Shown: positions 63,781 through 64,000 of the stretch, one piece after another
How positions within the stretch are numbered: the first letter of the stretch is position 1
How the letters are laid out: the number at the start of each line of letters is the position of its first letter
The notes under the pieces: generated by a model
Told to the model about the DNA's origin: nothing
Database searches by the model: none
Seen by the model: only the letters and a program-made list of their open reading frames with translations
Program-made: the position numbers and the translations under genes
DNA from: Octopus vulgaris
Lineage: Eukaryota
Assembly: GCA_951406725.2 (NCBI GenBank)
Contig: OX597819.1
Coordinates: forward strand, 13,268,001-13,332,000
Length of the DNA stretch: 64,000 nt
Direction of reading: 5' to 3'

Positions 63781-64000
63781 TTACTCTTTACTCTTTTACT
63801 TGGTTCAGTCATTTGACTGCGGCCATGCTGGAGCACCACCTTTAGTCGAGCAAATCGACCCCGGGACTTATTTCTTTGTAAGCCCAGTACTTATTCTATC
63901 GGTCTCTTTTGCTGAACCGCTAAGTGACGGGAACGTAAACACACACCAGCATCGGTTGTCAAGCAATGCTAGGGGGACAAACACAGACACACAAACACAC
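63781..64000 (-). mobile_element. SINE family A 3' half, runs off the window
   Basis: Matches the family A tail. Confidence 0.88.

Overview
AT-rich, repeat-dense animal genomic DNA; the repeat families point to a coleoid cephalopod, most likely Octopus (inference). No prokaryotic features are present. Two protein-coding genes converge. On the + strand is the 3' end of a large gene: a candidate 63-nt exon with a GC donor at 7953-8015 and a 3.35-kb Ser/Pro-rich terminal coding exon at 14032-17382 whose C-terminus recalls PLEKHG1/3-type RhoGEFs (unconfirmed). On the - strand is a NUDT8-like CoA-diphosphatase gene with four coding exons (42962-32051, 294 aa). Two identical tRNA-Glu(CTC) genes face each other at 48.3-48.6 kb. 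The rest is transposon-derived: three abundant tRNA-derived SINE families; RTE, CR1, CRE-like and R4/Dong-like LINE fragments; a full-length but disabled DD34E Tc1; a probable DD37D-type remnant; mariner-, pogo-, hAT-, piggyBac- and Mutator-type MITEs; a non-autonomous Helitron; and microsatellites. The most unusual signal is a set of sequence-unrelated short fold-back insertions (7.3, 9.4, 9.8, 10.3, 20.2 and 24.2 kb, plus a single-arm piece at 11.1 kb) carrying complete or partial minimal hammerhead-ribozyme motifs of the Penelope/retrozyme type. One family also has a tRNA-derived Pol III head. All calls were made by eye, without database searches.
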